The notes under the pieces: generated by a model
What the model saw: only the letters and a program-made list of their open reading frames with translations
Database searches by the model: none
What the model was told of the DNA's origin: nothing
Assembly: GCA_964480775.1 (NCBI GenBank)
Contig: CAYZRF010000010.1
Coordinates: 30,001 to 62,000 of the forward strand
DNA: 32,000 nucleotides
Reading direction: 5' to 3'
From: an uncultured Nitrososphaerota archaeon
Lineage (GTDB): Archaea > Korarchaeota > Korarchaeia > Korarchaeales > Korarchaeaceae
Position numbers and translations under genes: made by a program
Shown: positions 7,663 through 17,227 of the stretch, one piece after another
Numbering within the stretch: position 1 is the stretch's first letter
How the letters are laid out: the number at the start of each line of letters is the position of its first letter

Positions 7663-9567
7663 TTAAACACCAAGTAACGGAGTAGCTCTTCTCCTTAGTA
7701 GCAAGTTAGCTGTAACTATAAAGACGAACTGAAGGCCCATTAACATGAAGCCCATTGCTGCTGGCCTAAACAAACCCCCTGCTAAACCATGAAACAGCAT
7801 GTCGTACATTTTCCAGGTCATCGGAGCATCTTGGTGATTAGCGTCGCCAACAACAATTCCTGTACTTACCTCTGACATCGAATAGATGAAGGATAGCATT
7901 CCTCCAGCTAAGACATTTAGAAGAATTAACGGAAGAATTATCGTGAAGAATGTCTTCGTTTTGCTCGCACCGACGGTCCAAGCCACCTCATCAAGGGTCT
8001 TATCCGTTTGTTCAAGCCCTGAGAAAACCGATCTAACGGTAAATGGTATCTTTCTAACGGTATAAGATGCTATTAACAGAGGTGCCCCGCTTATCGTAGG
8101 GCTCAAAGGTGTTCCTAGGTAAGTTAGAAAGAGACCTGTAGCGACAGCTATTCCAGGAACAGCAATTGGCAAAGTGGCTAATAGGTCGAGAACCTCCATG
8201 CCCGGCACATCTCTCTTCCTAGATACCAGATAAGCTGCGCTTACTCCTAATAGGACCATGAAAAGCGTAGCAATGCCTGAATAAACCAAGCTGTTCATAA
8301 TACTTCTGGTCGTGTCTGGATCTGAAAGTATGGCCTTGAAATTGTTCAGAGTGAAGTCAGAGGGTAAGATCGTTGTTCCCCATCTTTCGGCAAAGGCGAG
8401 CAAAGTTACCCCTAAATGCGGAAGCGTGGCGAAGAACAAAGTCCCTAGAATAAAGATGTACACCAACACAGTGGTTTTCCAAGAAAGCTTTCTTCTTCTT
8501 GGCCTCCAGATACCTCCTTTCCCAAGCATGGCGTAGCGCTTTAGACTTACGTACTTTCTAACAGCTATGAAAACGGTTGCGGACATTAAGAGGAGGATCA
8601 TTGCAAGCGTCGTGGCTTCTTGAGAGATCAGACCAGCGGGTGTGAAAATCCTGTTGAATATCTGAAATGTAAGAACTTTTTCTGCAGTAGTTCCTTTGAA
8701 CACAATAGGTGTCCCTAGATCTTCTAGGGAAAGAATAAACACGAGTAGTGCGCCTGCCTCAACCCCTGGCGTTGCTAAGGGGAAAGTAATTGTTCTAAAC
8801 AGCTTAAAGCCAGAAGCCCCCACATTCATTGCCTGCTCCTCTAGGGAGGGATCTATGCTTATCAGTGCAGTATAAGAATTCAACATAACAATGGGATAAA
8901 ATAACAGGGTTTGAACAAAAATTATGGCTGGAAGACCAGTTATCTCAACCTTAAATGGGATTATCCCAAGTATATCATGGAAGAGAACGTTCAACACTCC
9001 GTCGGCCACAATCATCTTCTTCAAGCCTATAGCTCCCACAAACGGCGTTGAAAGAAGAGGTATCAGTGAGATTATCCTGAGAGCCTCAGAACCTGGGAAT
9101 TTATACTTAGCGAACATAAAAGCCAGCACAAAGCCGAGTATCGTTGTAAATAGGGTTGTCATTGTGGCTACAATCACTGAGTTGAGAATTACGCCAAAAT
9201 CCCATCCTCTAATGAGTAATATTTTAGTAACTTTTCCTGTTGGATCTGAATAGCTTATTACATCAAATAACTTTCCTCTGATTCCCTCTAAAGTCAGAAA
9301 AGGGAAATCTGAGGTTATATGAAGTCTTAGCGGAAAATAGTATTGATCGCTTAATATGGATTTAATCCAATGCAGTGAAAGTCCTCCTCCCGCATAAAAT
9401 GATCTAGCTATCACCATGAAAAGTGGAAACAAGAGAAACGCAGTAAATGAGATAAGCACTAGGAGGAGTTGCGACCACGAAAATGGATCCATTTCCCACC
9501 GTATCTTCCGAAAGACTCTCTTCAACTGTGTTGAGAAGGAATCTCTAGGACGGAGCACCTCTAGCAC
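7663..9567 (-). CDS. ABC transporter permease, fused two-domain type (FbpB/ThiP-like, ~12 TM)
   Basis: 634 aa and strongly hydrophobic, with two repeated permease halves as in iron(III)/thiamine-type importers. It sits between the binding-protein and ATPase genes. Apparent GTG start; exact start uncertain. Confidence 0.8.
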   Translation of the reverse strand: MLEVLRPRDSFSTQLKRVFRKIRWEMDPFSWSQLLLVLISFTAFLLFPLFMVIARSFYAGGGLSLHWIKSILSDQYYFPLRLHITSDFPFLTLEGIRGKLFDVISYSDPTGKVTKILLIRGWDFGVILNSVIVATMTTLFTTILGFVLAFMFAKYKFPGSEALRIISLIPLLSTPFVGAIGLKKMIVADGVLNVLFHDILGIIPFKVEITGLPAIIFVQTLLFYPIVMLNSYTALISIDPSLEEQAMNVGASGFKLFRTITFPLATPGVEAGALLVFILSLEDLGTPIVFKGTTAEKVLTFQIFNRIFTPAGLISQEATTLAMILLLMSATVFIAVRKYVSLKRYAMLGKGGIWRPRRRKLSWKTTVLVYIFILGTLFFATLPHLGVTLLAFAERWGTTILPSDFTLNNFKAILSDPDTTRSIMNSLVYSGIATLFMVLLGVSAAYLVSRKRDVPGMEVLDLLATLPIAVPGIAVATGLFLTYLGTPLSPTISGAPLLIASYTVRKIPFTVRSVFSGLEQTDKTLDEVAWTVGASKTKTFFTIILPLILLNVLAGGMLSFIYSMSEVSTGIVVGDANHQDAPMTWKMYDMLFHGLAGGLFRPAAMGFMLMGLQFVFIVTANLLLRRRATPLLGV

Positions 9568-9701
9568 CGAAATGAAGTGTATACCCTTTCATATAAATTA
9601 GTTTAGAAGAAACAGGTTAAAGAAGTTACAAGAGTTCTCTTATACTGTTACTACGTTGAGAGAAATCATAGCCTTGGTAAAAAGAGGGAGGAGGGTAGTT
9701 G

Positions 9702-11114
9702 TTACGGATCAGGGATCTGGTTGAAAAGCTCCTCATATCTTTGAACAGCTGCTTCTCTCCACAAAGATTGCATCTTTGATGCGAAGGCTGGGTTTTTCTT
9801 CAGTTCCTCGTTTATCTGAATCGCGTATTCTAGCGTGAATGTGTACGAATTGCCATCTTCGGTCCAAGTTAGCGGCTTTCCAAGTTCGTATTTGTATTGA
9901 TCAAATTCCTGTTGAGTTATCTTGTTTGCCTCTAAAGCATCTATAAGCTTTTTCCATGTTCTAACCAGTTCCTCATGAGTATCGCAAAGTACTGCATCAA
10001 GATAGTATGCTATTGAGAAGTAAACTGCACCAGCGAGACTTTCGTTGAATTGTATGGCTTGCAGAGCAACTGTCTGGTTGTATCTAGTGTATAAGTCAAC
10101 TCTTTCCCTTCCCTTTGGAGTCTTAAATGCGTCTTCCCTAACTGGCATCCTGTTTATTCGCTCATCCAGCCAAAGCACCGCCTGACCTTCGGCTGATAGA
10201 ACCCACCTTATGAATGCCTGGGCCGCATCAGGATGCTCAGAAGTGGTGAGAAGGGCTATGGGGTCTCCATTCACTATTGTGCCTGGAGGCATCACGTAGA
10301 TGAAATCAGGGGATTGAAGCTGAAGCTCAAATCCATAAAAGTCTATCATAATTCCGATTGGCACTTCACCTGTCTGAACTGCCCATTGGGCCTCAACAGA
10401 CCCGCCGTATGGTCTTCCATTTGCAGCTAGGCCTGTTATTAACACCCACCCTTGTTCCCAACCTTCTTTTTGAAGGATGATTTGATATATTCTGCTATGA
10501 GAAGTTGATGTGGTAGACCTGGCATATGATAAAGCGGGGAGTGGGAGCATTTTACCATATTCTGGTCTAGATAAATCTTCCCATGTTTGAGGTTCAGGAA
10601 GACCTCGCTCATTGAGCATCTTCTTGTTGTATGTAAATCCAAACGAAGATATTGCTGCTGCAACCCACATCAATTCTCCATCTTTGTACCGCTTCATCTC
10701 CGCTCCAGATATGTCGTCAGGGATGTTATTTATTTCTGCTAGTAGTTCTGGATCTTTTAGGGGAGCAACCAGTCCCTTGTCTACAAGGTCGTTAAATACG
10801 GTTGGACCGCCTCCCCATGCTACGTCCGGTTTTTCCTTTTGAATCACGTCTGGCCAAAGCGCAAAATTAGGGCTATAGAAGCGTAAGTCAACGATGTTGT
10901 ATTGTTTCGCTAAATCCGAGCTAAGGAAGCTCTCTTTAGTGATCTTCCATATCGTGCTAGCATGTCTTGTCACGATCTTAAGCACAATGCCCTCTGTAGG
11001 CGCTTCAGTTGGTGAAGGAGTTGGTTGAGGACCTCCTCTACCCATCAAAAAGAATGCAAGGCCCACAACAACTACTAGGATTAGTATTATCCCTCCAACG
11101 ATTTTTTTGTCCAA
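9702..11114 (-). CDS. ABC transporter extracellular substrate-binding protein (family 1, Fe3+/polyamine/thiamine-like), N-terminally membrane-anchored
   Basis: TTG start preceded by aggtgag (SD-like). N-terminal TM segment GGIILILVVVVGLAFFL, then linker PQPTPSPTEAPTEG. The body resembles periplasmic binding proteins, and the gene is operonic with the permease and ATPase. Substrate unknown. Confidence 0.7.
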   Translation of the reverse strand: MDKKIVGGIILILVVVVGLAFFLMGRGGPQPTPSPTEAPTEGIVLKIVTRHASTIWKITKESFLSSDLAKQYNIVDLRFYSPNFALWPDVIQKEKPDVAWGGGPTVFNDLVDKGLVAPLKDPELLAEINNIPDDISGAEMKRYKDGELMWVAAAISSFGFTYNKKMLNERGLPEPQTWEDLSRPEYGKMLPLPALSYARSTTSTSHSRIYQIILQKEGWEQGWVLITGLAANGRPYGGSVEAQWAVQTGEVPIGIMIDFYGFELQLQSPDFIYVMPPGTIVNGDPIALLTTSEHPDAAQAFIRWVLSAEGQAVLWLDERINRMPVREDAFKTPKGRERVDLYTRYNQTVALQAIQFNESLAGAVYFSIAYYLDAVLCDTHEELVRTWKKLIDALEANKITQQEFDQYKYELGKPLTWTEDGNSYTFTLEYAIQINEELKKNPAFASKMQSLWREAAVQRYEELFNQIPDP

Positions 11115-11166
11115 ATATCACTCACCTATTTTCAACTACCTCAACAAGACGTGTAATCAGGAGCTC

Positions 11167-11196
11167 TTAAAAAGATTTTGAATAAAAAAGAAAAGA
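11167..11196 (-). terminator. T-rich tract (archaeal-type terminator candidate) after the 347-aa anchored-protein gene
   Basis: The minus strand reads cctctcttttcttttttattcaaaatctttttaa directly after the stop at 11209-11211. This separates the phosphoesterase cluster from the ABC operon. Confidence 0.4.
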
Positions 11197-11208
11197 GAGG
11201 AAGGGATA

Positions 11209-12252
11209 TTACTTCTTCCTCAAGAAGACGAGTGCTACTACGACTATTATTACGATTACGGCTATTATTGCAATGAGCATAGTCATGCTGATTGCAGGCC
11301 CTTCGACAGTAGTTCCCCAGATGAATGCATTTATTATGAACGTCATACCTTGTAATTTCTCTCCGTGATATTCTGGAGTCCCTATGAACCTGTCTCCTAG
11401 GAGCGATTCTCCAGTGACTATAACCTTACCCTTTGGCTTGAACATACCCAAGCTTATTATCTCAGCCGCAGCCTCCACAAATTGGCCAGTTTCGCCAACG
11501 CTGTGTGCCTTTGGATCGACGCCATCGTGGCTTACAACGGTACCATCTGGGCTAGATCTGTAGAGCCAAATGACGTTCGGGCCTTCTACTTCATTGAACG
11601 GTACAAATTTTCCATCTTTGAATCCTATTACAAATGTTGGACCATGGAATAGAACAACTGGGGCGTTCTTCGTGATTTGGCCTGCTATGCCGGCCGTATT
11701 TGCCTCATGACTTTTAACCCTGTAAGCTGCTCCTATGTTAGTAGTTGGATCCTCTAAGGAGGCATATTCAAGCCTCAGACTTGAGCCTATAGCTGCTAAT
11801 ATTTTGTTTGGTTCATCTGCCTTGAAGGCTATGTCATCCGGATTCAGGTATGGTTCAGTGTAATCACTATCTGCTCCAACCCAAATGAATTTGCCACCCT
11901 CCAAAAACCAGTTCTTTATCGCTTGTATCTCAGCATCAGAGAAAACGCTGTTATAATCATAAAGTTTCCCTATGATAAGGGCATCAACACCCTTAAGGGC
12001 ATCCGGGGTTATCTCAGTGATTTCCTTTATCTGGAAACCAGCGGCAGTTAAGTTTCCTTCCAACCACCTTAAGTTTGTCTGACCCCATTCTGTGTCAAGA
12101 TCTTTGACCCTTCCAGGAGTTATGTCAATGCCAACCACCTTTTGACCCTGTGCACTTATACCGAATACGATGACTGGCGCTATTAACGCGGCAATTAGAA
12201 ACAGAGCAATGCTTCTCTTCATTTTTATCACTTGGGATGATTTTGGGCCCAT
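11209..12252 (-). CDS. Hypothetical secreted protein with a C-terminal TM anchor
   Basis: Signal peptide (KRSIALFLIAALIAPVIVFGISAQG). C-terminal ISMTMLIAIIAVIVIIVVVALVFLRKK. It starts 5 nt after the upstream metallophosphoesterase gene ends. No family recognised with confidence. Confidence 0.6.
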   Translation of the reverse strand: MGPKSSQVIKMKRSIALFLIAALIAPVIVFGISAQGQKVVGIDITPGRVKDLDTEWGQTNLRWLEGNLTAAGFQIKEITEITPDALKGVDALIIGKLYDYNSVFSDAEIQAIKNWFLEGGKFIWVGADSDYTEPYLNPDDIAFKADEPNKILAAIGSSLRLEYASLEDPTTNIGAAYRVKSHEANTAGIAGQITKNAPVVLFHGPTFVIGFKDGKFVPFNEVEGPNVIWLYRSSPDGTVVSHDGVDPKAHSVGETGQFVEAAAEIISLGMFKPKGKVIVTGESLLGDRFIGTPEYHGEKLQGMTFIINAFIWGTTVEGPAISMTMLIAIIAVIVIIVVVALVFLRKK

Positions 12253-12257
12253 TATTA

Positions 12258-14054
12258 TTAAAATTTACGAGGTTGGAGACTCCTCGCGGTTTTTATAGAA
12301 GCTTTGGGGATAGATCCTCCTTTCTTGATACGTGACATTATAATGATAGCAATGACCAAGACAAGCGATAGCATAGCAATTAATTTCAATGGAACAGAGA
12401 CCTGTTTTGTTTTTCCTTCTTCGGCTATCTCTGACAATAGCTCAATCTTTCCTTCCTTGGTTCTAATTCTACCGCCTATATCTTCAGCCTCTATTGAATA
12501 GCAAACTTCTGTGACATCCTTTGAAACTTGAAAACGTCCAGAAAATAAGATTTCGTTAAGCCTAATTAGCTCTACATCGTTCCAGGTCTTATTGTCAACG
12601 CTATACCTGAATGTGACGTTCTTGACCCCTAGGACCTCGTCCTTAGCTGTGACGTTGATCCAGATCACATTGGCATTAGCCCCATAAACGATGTCTTTGG
12701 ACATGTTGACATAGTATGGAGGCTCTTTATCTTCCTTTGCCCAAATCTTAACTAGTTTTTCCTGGTGTGGATCGAGTTCAACTTGCAAAGCAACAAGATA
12801 CTTCCCATCTCTAGTTCTGTTGACTTGGATTATTGTTCCTCCTTCAGTTTCAAGGGATCTTGCGTCAGCCATTTTTACCCTAAAGATTCCAGATATTTTT
12901 TTGGAAAGTCCGTTGTACAGATACGCAGAGAAACCCTTTGATTCGCCATTGTTTGTTTGGAAAACTAATATTTCGAACTCTTCAAGATATATGGGCTCAT
13001 AGAGACTCTTTAACCACGTAATCTCCCCCGAAGGAGTTATTTCGAAAATTCTAAAACCAGGCAGCGCTCTTCCAACTCCGCGTCCGTATGAATTTGGATT
13101 TGTTATCAACAACAGGGGATCTTCAAACACATAGCTTTCATGCATGTGGCCTGAGAGAACCATTGTGACATTATACTTGAGTAGAATCTCCATGATCTCC
13201 CTTACGCTAACCTCCGTCGTGTTCCATATCGTGAAAAGCGGATGGTGAATTAGCAGGATCTTGACGGGTTTCTCTATCGTTGATTCTAGATCTTTGATAA
13301 GCCATTCCTTCTGGTCCTTAGTTATATTCCCACTTAAGGAACCTGGGCCCGTGTCCAAGCAAATGATGTGAACAGGCCCCACATCTAAACTAGCATTTGA
13401 AGGACCAAGATATTTGGTGAAGAAGTCTCCTTTTAGACTATGATCGTGATTTCCAGGTATTAAGACTATTGGAAATTGAAGGTTCATTAATTCATGATAA
13501 GCACTGATAAATAGACCTTCTGGAGGGTTATTGCAAACATCTCCTGTAATTATCGCAAAATCAGGAGAGAAGAAGTTTATGGCCCAAATGTGCCTTCTGA
13601 ACCTTGCTGCAAGATGAAGTTGGCCCTTACTGTTGTCATAATGAGTATCAGATACCCAAAACACCGTTAATGGTTGATTCCAACTTTCTTTAACGGAAAC
13701 ACAATTTGGCTCCCTAAATACGCCTTTCTCGCTCTCGATTATGAGAGAATATAGGCCTGGATCAATATTCCCAGCATGAATTGCTAGATATGTTAGGTTT
13801 TCAGAGATGTTATATGAAGTCTCTTCTACAGCTAGTTCGTAAGATCTTAAGTCGTTTTCAAGGAGAGGTCTTATTTCCTCAATCCTTCCAACCAGCAAAA
13901 CTTCAAAAGTGCTATTTGGTTCTATAAAGGCCGGAAAACCTATTCTTGGTAGAAGGATTCCATTCACCGGCCGAACTTTTTTGTTTATCCCTGTCGATCC
14001 GAGAGGAGAAATTAGAAGAAGAAAAAAGAGGAGGAAGAGGCATCTTTTTCGCAT
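12258..14054 (-). CDS. Secreted, membrane-anchored calcineurin-like metallophosphoesterase (paralog 2)
   Basis: Full motif set: VSDTHYD (DxH), TGDVCNN (GD), PGNHDH (GNHD), LIHHP, SGHMHE (GHxH). N-terminal signal peptide. C-terminal beta-rich domain containing RYSVDNKTW. TM segment LIAMLSLVLVIAIIIM followed by a basic tail. Confidence 0.85.
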   Translation of the reverse strand: MRKRCLFLLFFLLLISPLGSTGINKKVRPVNGILLPRIGFPAFIEPNSTFEVLLVGRIEEIRPLLENDLRSYELAVEETSYNISENLTYLAIHAGNIDPGLYSLIIESEKGVFREPNCVSVKESWNQPLTVFWVSDTHYDNSKGQLHLAARFRRHIWAINFFSPDFAIITGDVCNNPPEGLFISAYHELMNLQFPIVLIPGNHDHSLKGDFFTKYLGPSNASLDVGPVHIICLDTGPGSLSGNITKDQKEWLIKDLESTIEKPVKILLIHHPLFTIWNTTEVSVREIMEILLKYNVTMVLSGHMHESYVFEDPLLLITNPNSYGRGVGRALPGFRIFEITPSGEITWLKSLYEPIYLEEFEILVFQTNNGESKGFSAYLYNGLSKKISGIFRVKMADARSLETEGGTIIQVNRTRDGKYLVALQVELDPHQEKLVKIWAKEDKEPPYYVNMSKDIVYGANANVIWINVTAKDEVLGVKNVTFRYSVDNKTWNDVELIRLNEILFSGRFQVSKDVTEVCYSIEAEDIGGRIRTKEGKIELLSEIAEEGKTKQVSVPLKLIAMLSLVLVIAIIIMSRIKKGGSIPKASIKTARSLQPRKF

Positions 14055-14056
14055 CC

Positions 14057-15901
14057 TTACCTCCTCTTAAGTAAGACAGCGGCTACAACGATTATAATCC
14101 CAACCAAGGCTATGCCTATGTAGGATATTGGCACGCCAGCCCCGGGAGGTTTTGTCGGCGTTGGTGTAGGAATGGGAGTCTCGGTAGGCTTTAAGGAAGG
14201 AACTTCAACGGTTCCATAGAACTCAGCTTTGTTTCCAGCCACGTCTTCAGCTAATATCTTGAAGTACATGGTCTCAGCCTTTGCTTGGAACTTGTACAGC
14301 GGATATCCTGCTTCGAACTCTGGACTTATCTCTGTCCACGTCTTGTTATCAACAGAGTAATACAGTTTGACATCTTTAACTCCAAATCCTTCGTCAAAGG
14401 CTTCATACCACAGAGTTATCGTCTCTTCCTTAACCTCTGGCTCGACAGTTACGCTGGGAGCGGTCGTATCCTCCTCAACATATATTTTTACTAGTAGTTC
14501 CTCTCCTGGAGATACTGAAACCCCTAGTTCGTAGATTCCTTTGCCTTTGTGACTATAAGAACGTAAGATATCGGCGTTTTCAATAGTGGGGCTCTCTTGG
14601 TACTTCGCTAAGATTACTGGAAGGATCAGGCTTACTTCGCTGGTTCCTTTATTCGTAACGATAACTGAAACTCCCGTCGTTGACCCATCGTACCTCTGCA
14701 AATACTTTACAGATAAGGTTGCTATAGACGGCGCGGGATTCACAAATTCAACATTTCCATCAGCCCATATCGTCATTGGCCTGTAGTGGCCGTAGTCATC
14801 TGCGTCATCATACTGACCTGCGTTGCTTACTATGCTTAGAGTTGGTACCTTAGGAGGTCTGGTTATGTTATCGACGTGCCAGTGGCCCATTAGCACGAGA
14901 CTAAATCCGTAGTTACTTAGCCAGTTAGTTATGTTTGGAACCACGCTTACAAAGCCCCTGTCTTTGTGGAAGTATCCCAGCTCTTCACTATGATATGGAT
15001 AGTGTATCATCAAGACTTTAACAGGTATATCTTTGTATAGTTCTATCCTCTCTTCAAGCCAAGAAATCTGTTCAGGCTGAACTCTGCCTGTGTCGGCATC
15101 AAATAGAAAGAAGCTGTAGCTTCCAAACCTAACAACCCCATAAAGAGGGCCAAAGTACTTCTCCCAGAAATAAGATCCTTTCTCTATAGCAGTATTATCG
15201 TTGTTTCCTTGGATTGCTATTAACGGAACCCTTAACCTTACTAAGTCTCGGTAAACGCTCTCAAATGGATCCTCTTCGTCTGCTTTGGCTATTCCATCTA
15301 TCAGATCTCCTGTATGGATCATTATATCTGGTCTAAGGCCGTTTACTAATGAGATAAGTTGCCTGAACAATTCTTGATTTTTCAACAATTTAGCCTTTTT
15401 CCTAACACCGTAGTGGTTGTCAGTTATGTGGATTACATTCAACTTTTCAGGGTATTTTGACCCAAAGACATATACTGCGTTTGGTTCTGTTAGTTCAGTA
15501 GTTCCACTCCTAACAGTTAGATTAAAAAGGCCTTCTGGGACTCCTTCTGATACTTTTGCGGTTATTTTCAGTAGCCCACCGCCAATGTCCTCTGTGCCCA
15601 ATACTTCTAAGGCGTATTCATAACCCTCTGTGAAGAGAGATTTAAGATATATGCTGGGTTCTGATCCTACGAGGTCCTTTTTTACGTATACATCGAACTC
15701 TTCATTATAGATTACAAATGCCGGAGTCCCTATTCGAGGATAAAAGATGCCGTTTAGAGGATCTGTATGATAATCTGGAAATGGTAGAACTGGATCTGGT
15801 TTCGCTTCCACCCCATTTACTGATAAGGGGATAGAAACAGCTAATAGAATTGAAATTACGGAAAGTAGGGCGATTATCTTTGAAAATTGAACCTTGATCA
15901 T
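14057..15901 (-). CDS. Secreted, membrane-anchored calcineurin-like metallophosphoesterase (paralog 1, GNND variant)
   Basis: ITDNHYG (DxH), TGDLIDG (GD), QGNNDN (Asn in place of the His of GNH[DE], nt 15197-15208), MIHYPYH, MGHWHVD (GHxH). Signal peptide. C-terminal domain containing YYSVDNKTW. Linker PTETPIPTPTPTKPPGAG, then a TM segment and KRR. Confidence 0.85.
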   Translation of the reverse strand: MIKVQFSKIIALLSVISILLAVSIPLSVNGVEAKPDPVLPFPDYHTDPLNGIFYPRIGTPAFVIYNEEFDVYVKKDLVGSEPSIYLKSLFTEGYEYALEVLGTEDIGGGLLKITAKVSEGVPEGLFNLTVRSGTTELTEPNAVYVFGSKYPEKLNVIHITDNHYGVRKKAKLLKNQELFRQLISLVNGLRPDIMIHTGDLIDGIAKADEEDPFESVYRDLVRLRVPLIAIQGNNDNTAIEKGSYFWEKYFGPLYGVVRFGSYSFFLFDADTGRVQPEQISWLEERIELYKDIPVKVLMIHYPYHSEELGYFHKDRGFVSVVPNITNWLSNYGFSLVLMGHWHVDNITRPPKVPTLSIVSNAGQYDDADDYGHYRPMTIWADGNVEFVNPAPSIATLSVKYLQRYDGSTTGVSVIVTNKGTSEVSLILPVILAKYQESPTIENADILRSYSHKGKGIYELGVSVSPGEELLVKIYVEEDTTAPSVTVEPEVKEETITLWYEAFDEGFGVKDVKLYYSVDNKTWTEISPEFEAGYPLYKFQAKAETMYFKILAEDVAGNKAEFYGTVEVPSLKPTETPIPTPTPTKPPGAGVPISYIGIALVGIIIVVAAVLLKRR

Positions 15902-15936
15902 AAGATAACCCTAGAAATGTCGGGTCTGTTTCCTTA

Positions 15937-15944
15937 ATATTTAT
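15937..15944 (-). promoter_or_regulatory. TATA-box candidate for the metallophosphoesterase cluster
   Basis: The minus strand reads ccATAAATATtaagg, about 35 nt upstream of the ATG at 15901. Confidence 0.35.
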
Positions 15945-15950
15945 GGATTG

Positions 15951-17162
15951 TCAAGATTTTAGTAGCCCCAGCTTTCTCAATTGTGAGAGAGTTCTCTCTC
16001 TCAGCTTTGAGACGGGCTCAAAGTCAACTAGAACCTTCCCTTTCTCAAGCATCTTAACATATGCGGGCTTCGTCTCTACTCCGCACTTTTTACAAATGGG
16101 GGTTTGAGAGTCTCTAGGAGCAACTACATAGGTCAAGCATTCAGGACATCTGTAAAGGTCCTTACTCCCTGAACATATTCCTCTTTTGGCTATTGGTTTA
16201 CCTTCGACTTCTACGACATCCATCCCAAAATCTATGGGTTTAGCCCCTGTTATCCTTGTTCCGACTCCAAATGCGTCAGCTCCACCCTTTGCATATCTCG
16301 CGACGCTATACTCGTCTAAACCACCAGAAAGGAATATTTTGACGTTTTTATAACCCCTTAGATCAAGCTCCCATCTTACTTCTCTTATTATCTCCTCCAT
16401 ATCTCCTCTCCTTGATTTGGGGGTATCTAACCTGACTCCAGCCAGCTTATCCTTCAGAGCCTCAGCAGCCATCAAAGACTCGGCTTTTTCGTCGAAGAAG
16501 GTATCTACTAGGGCTATCCTAGGGACTTCCTCTGGCATAGCTTTGTCAAACGCTTTCCAAGCCTTAACTTGGTCTCCAGTTATTACCATTAAAGCGTGTG
16601 GCATTGTTCCTACTGGCTTGAATCCTAGCTCTTCAACCAAGATTCCTGAGGAACCATCACACCCCCCAATAAGGCTGGCTCGTTCTATAGCTAAGGAGAT
16701 TGCTGGATGATTCCTTCTTATACCAAAGTTGATGACTGGCTTTCCCTCTGCTGCTATCTTGACGTGTGCAGCTGCACTAGCCACTCCAGAAAGAGAACAA
16801 AGAAATCCTAACAAGCTGGTCTCTAATGCCCCAAATTCCTCATAAGGACCTTCAATTCTCATAATAGGGATTTTTGGATGAAAAAGGCTGCCATCAGGAA
16901 GGGAATATAGGTCAACCTTTTTTCCCTCCATTAGTTTAACTACTTCCTCAACCCCAGCCAGCACCCCCCACTTCCAAGGCTCGTGAGGTGGTATTCTGGA
17001 CTTAGGAAGAGATCTTGCCGCAATTTCTGCCACCACGACCTTCTTGCCCACCCCAAGTTTTCTCATTGTTTCTAAGGTTCTGAGAAAATATATGTCAACT
17101 ACCTTTCCTTCTTTTATCTCGTCCTCCGTGACCACGTAGAACTTGCGCTTCAAGGCTATCAA
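15951..17162 (-). CDS. pncB: Nicotinate phosphoribosyltransferase, archaeal type, with a C-terminal zinc ribbon
   Basis: The N-terminus (EDEIKEGKVVDIYFLRTLE), GTMPHALM, and a TIM-barrel-like body fit the archaeal NAPRTase/QPRTase family. C-terminal CPEC...CKKCG ribbon. TTG start. Confidence 0.75.
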   Translation of the reverse strand: MIALKRKFYVVTEDEIKEGKVVDIYFLRTLETMRKLGVGKKVVVAEIAARSLPKSRIPPHEPWKWGVLAGVEEVVKLMEGKKVDLYSLPDGSLFHPKIPIMRIEGPYEEFGALETSLLGFLCSLSGVASAAAHVKIAAEGKPVINFGIRRNHPAISLAIERASLIGGCDGSSGILVEELGFKPVGTMPHALMVITGDQVKAWKAFDKAMPEEVPRIALVDTFFDEKAESLMAAEALKDKLAGVRLDTPKSRRGDMEEIIREVRWELDLRGYKNVKIFLSGGLDEYSVARYAKGGADAFGVGTRITGAKPIDFGMDVVEVEGKPIAKRGICSGSKDLYRCPECLTYVVAPRDSQTPICKKCGVETKPAYVKMLEKGKVLVDFEPVSKLRERTLSQLRKLGLLKS

Positions 17163-17227
17163 GAAGCCTTCCTGAAGTTAGTTAAAAAGAATGATAGTCT
17201 ATTTTCTGTCAGGAAAAATGATTTGTC

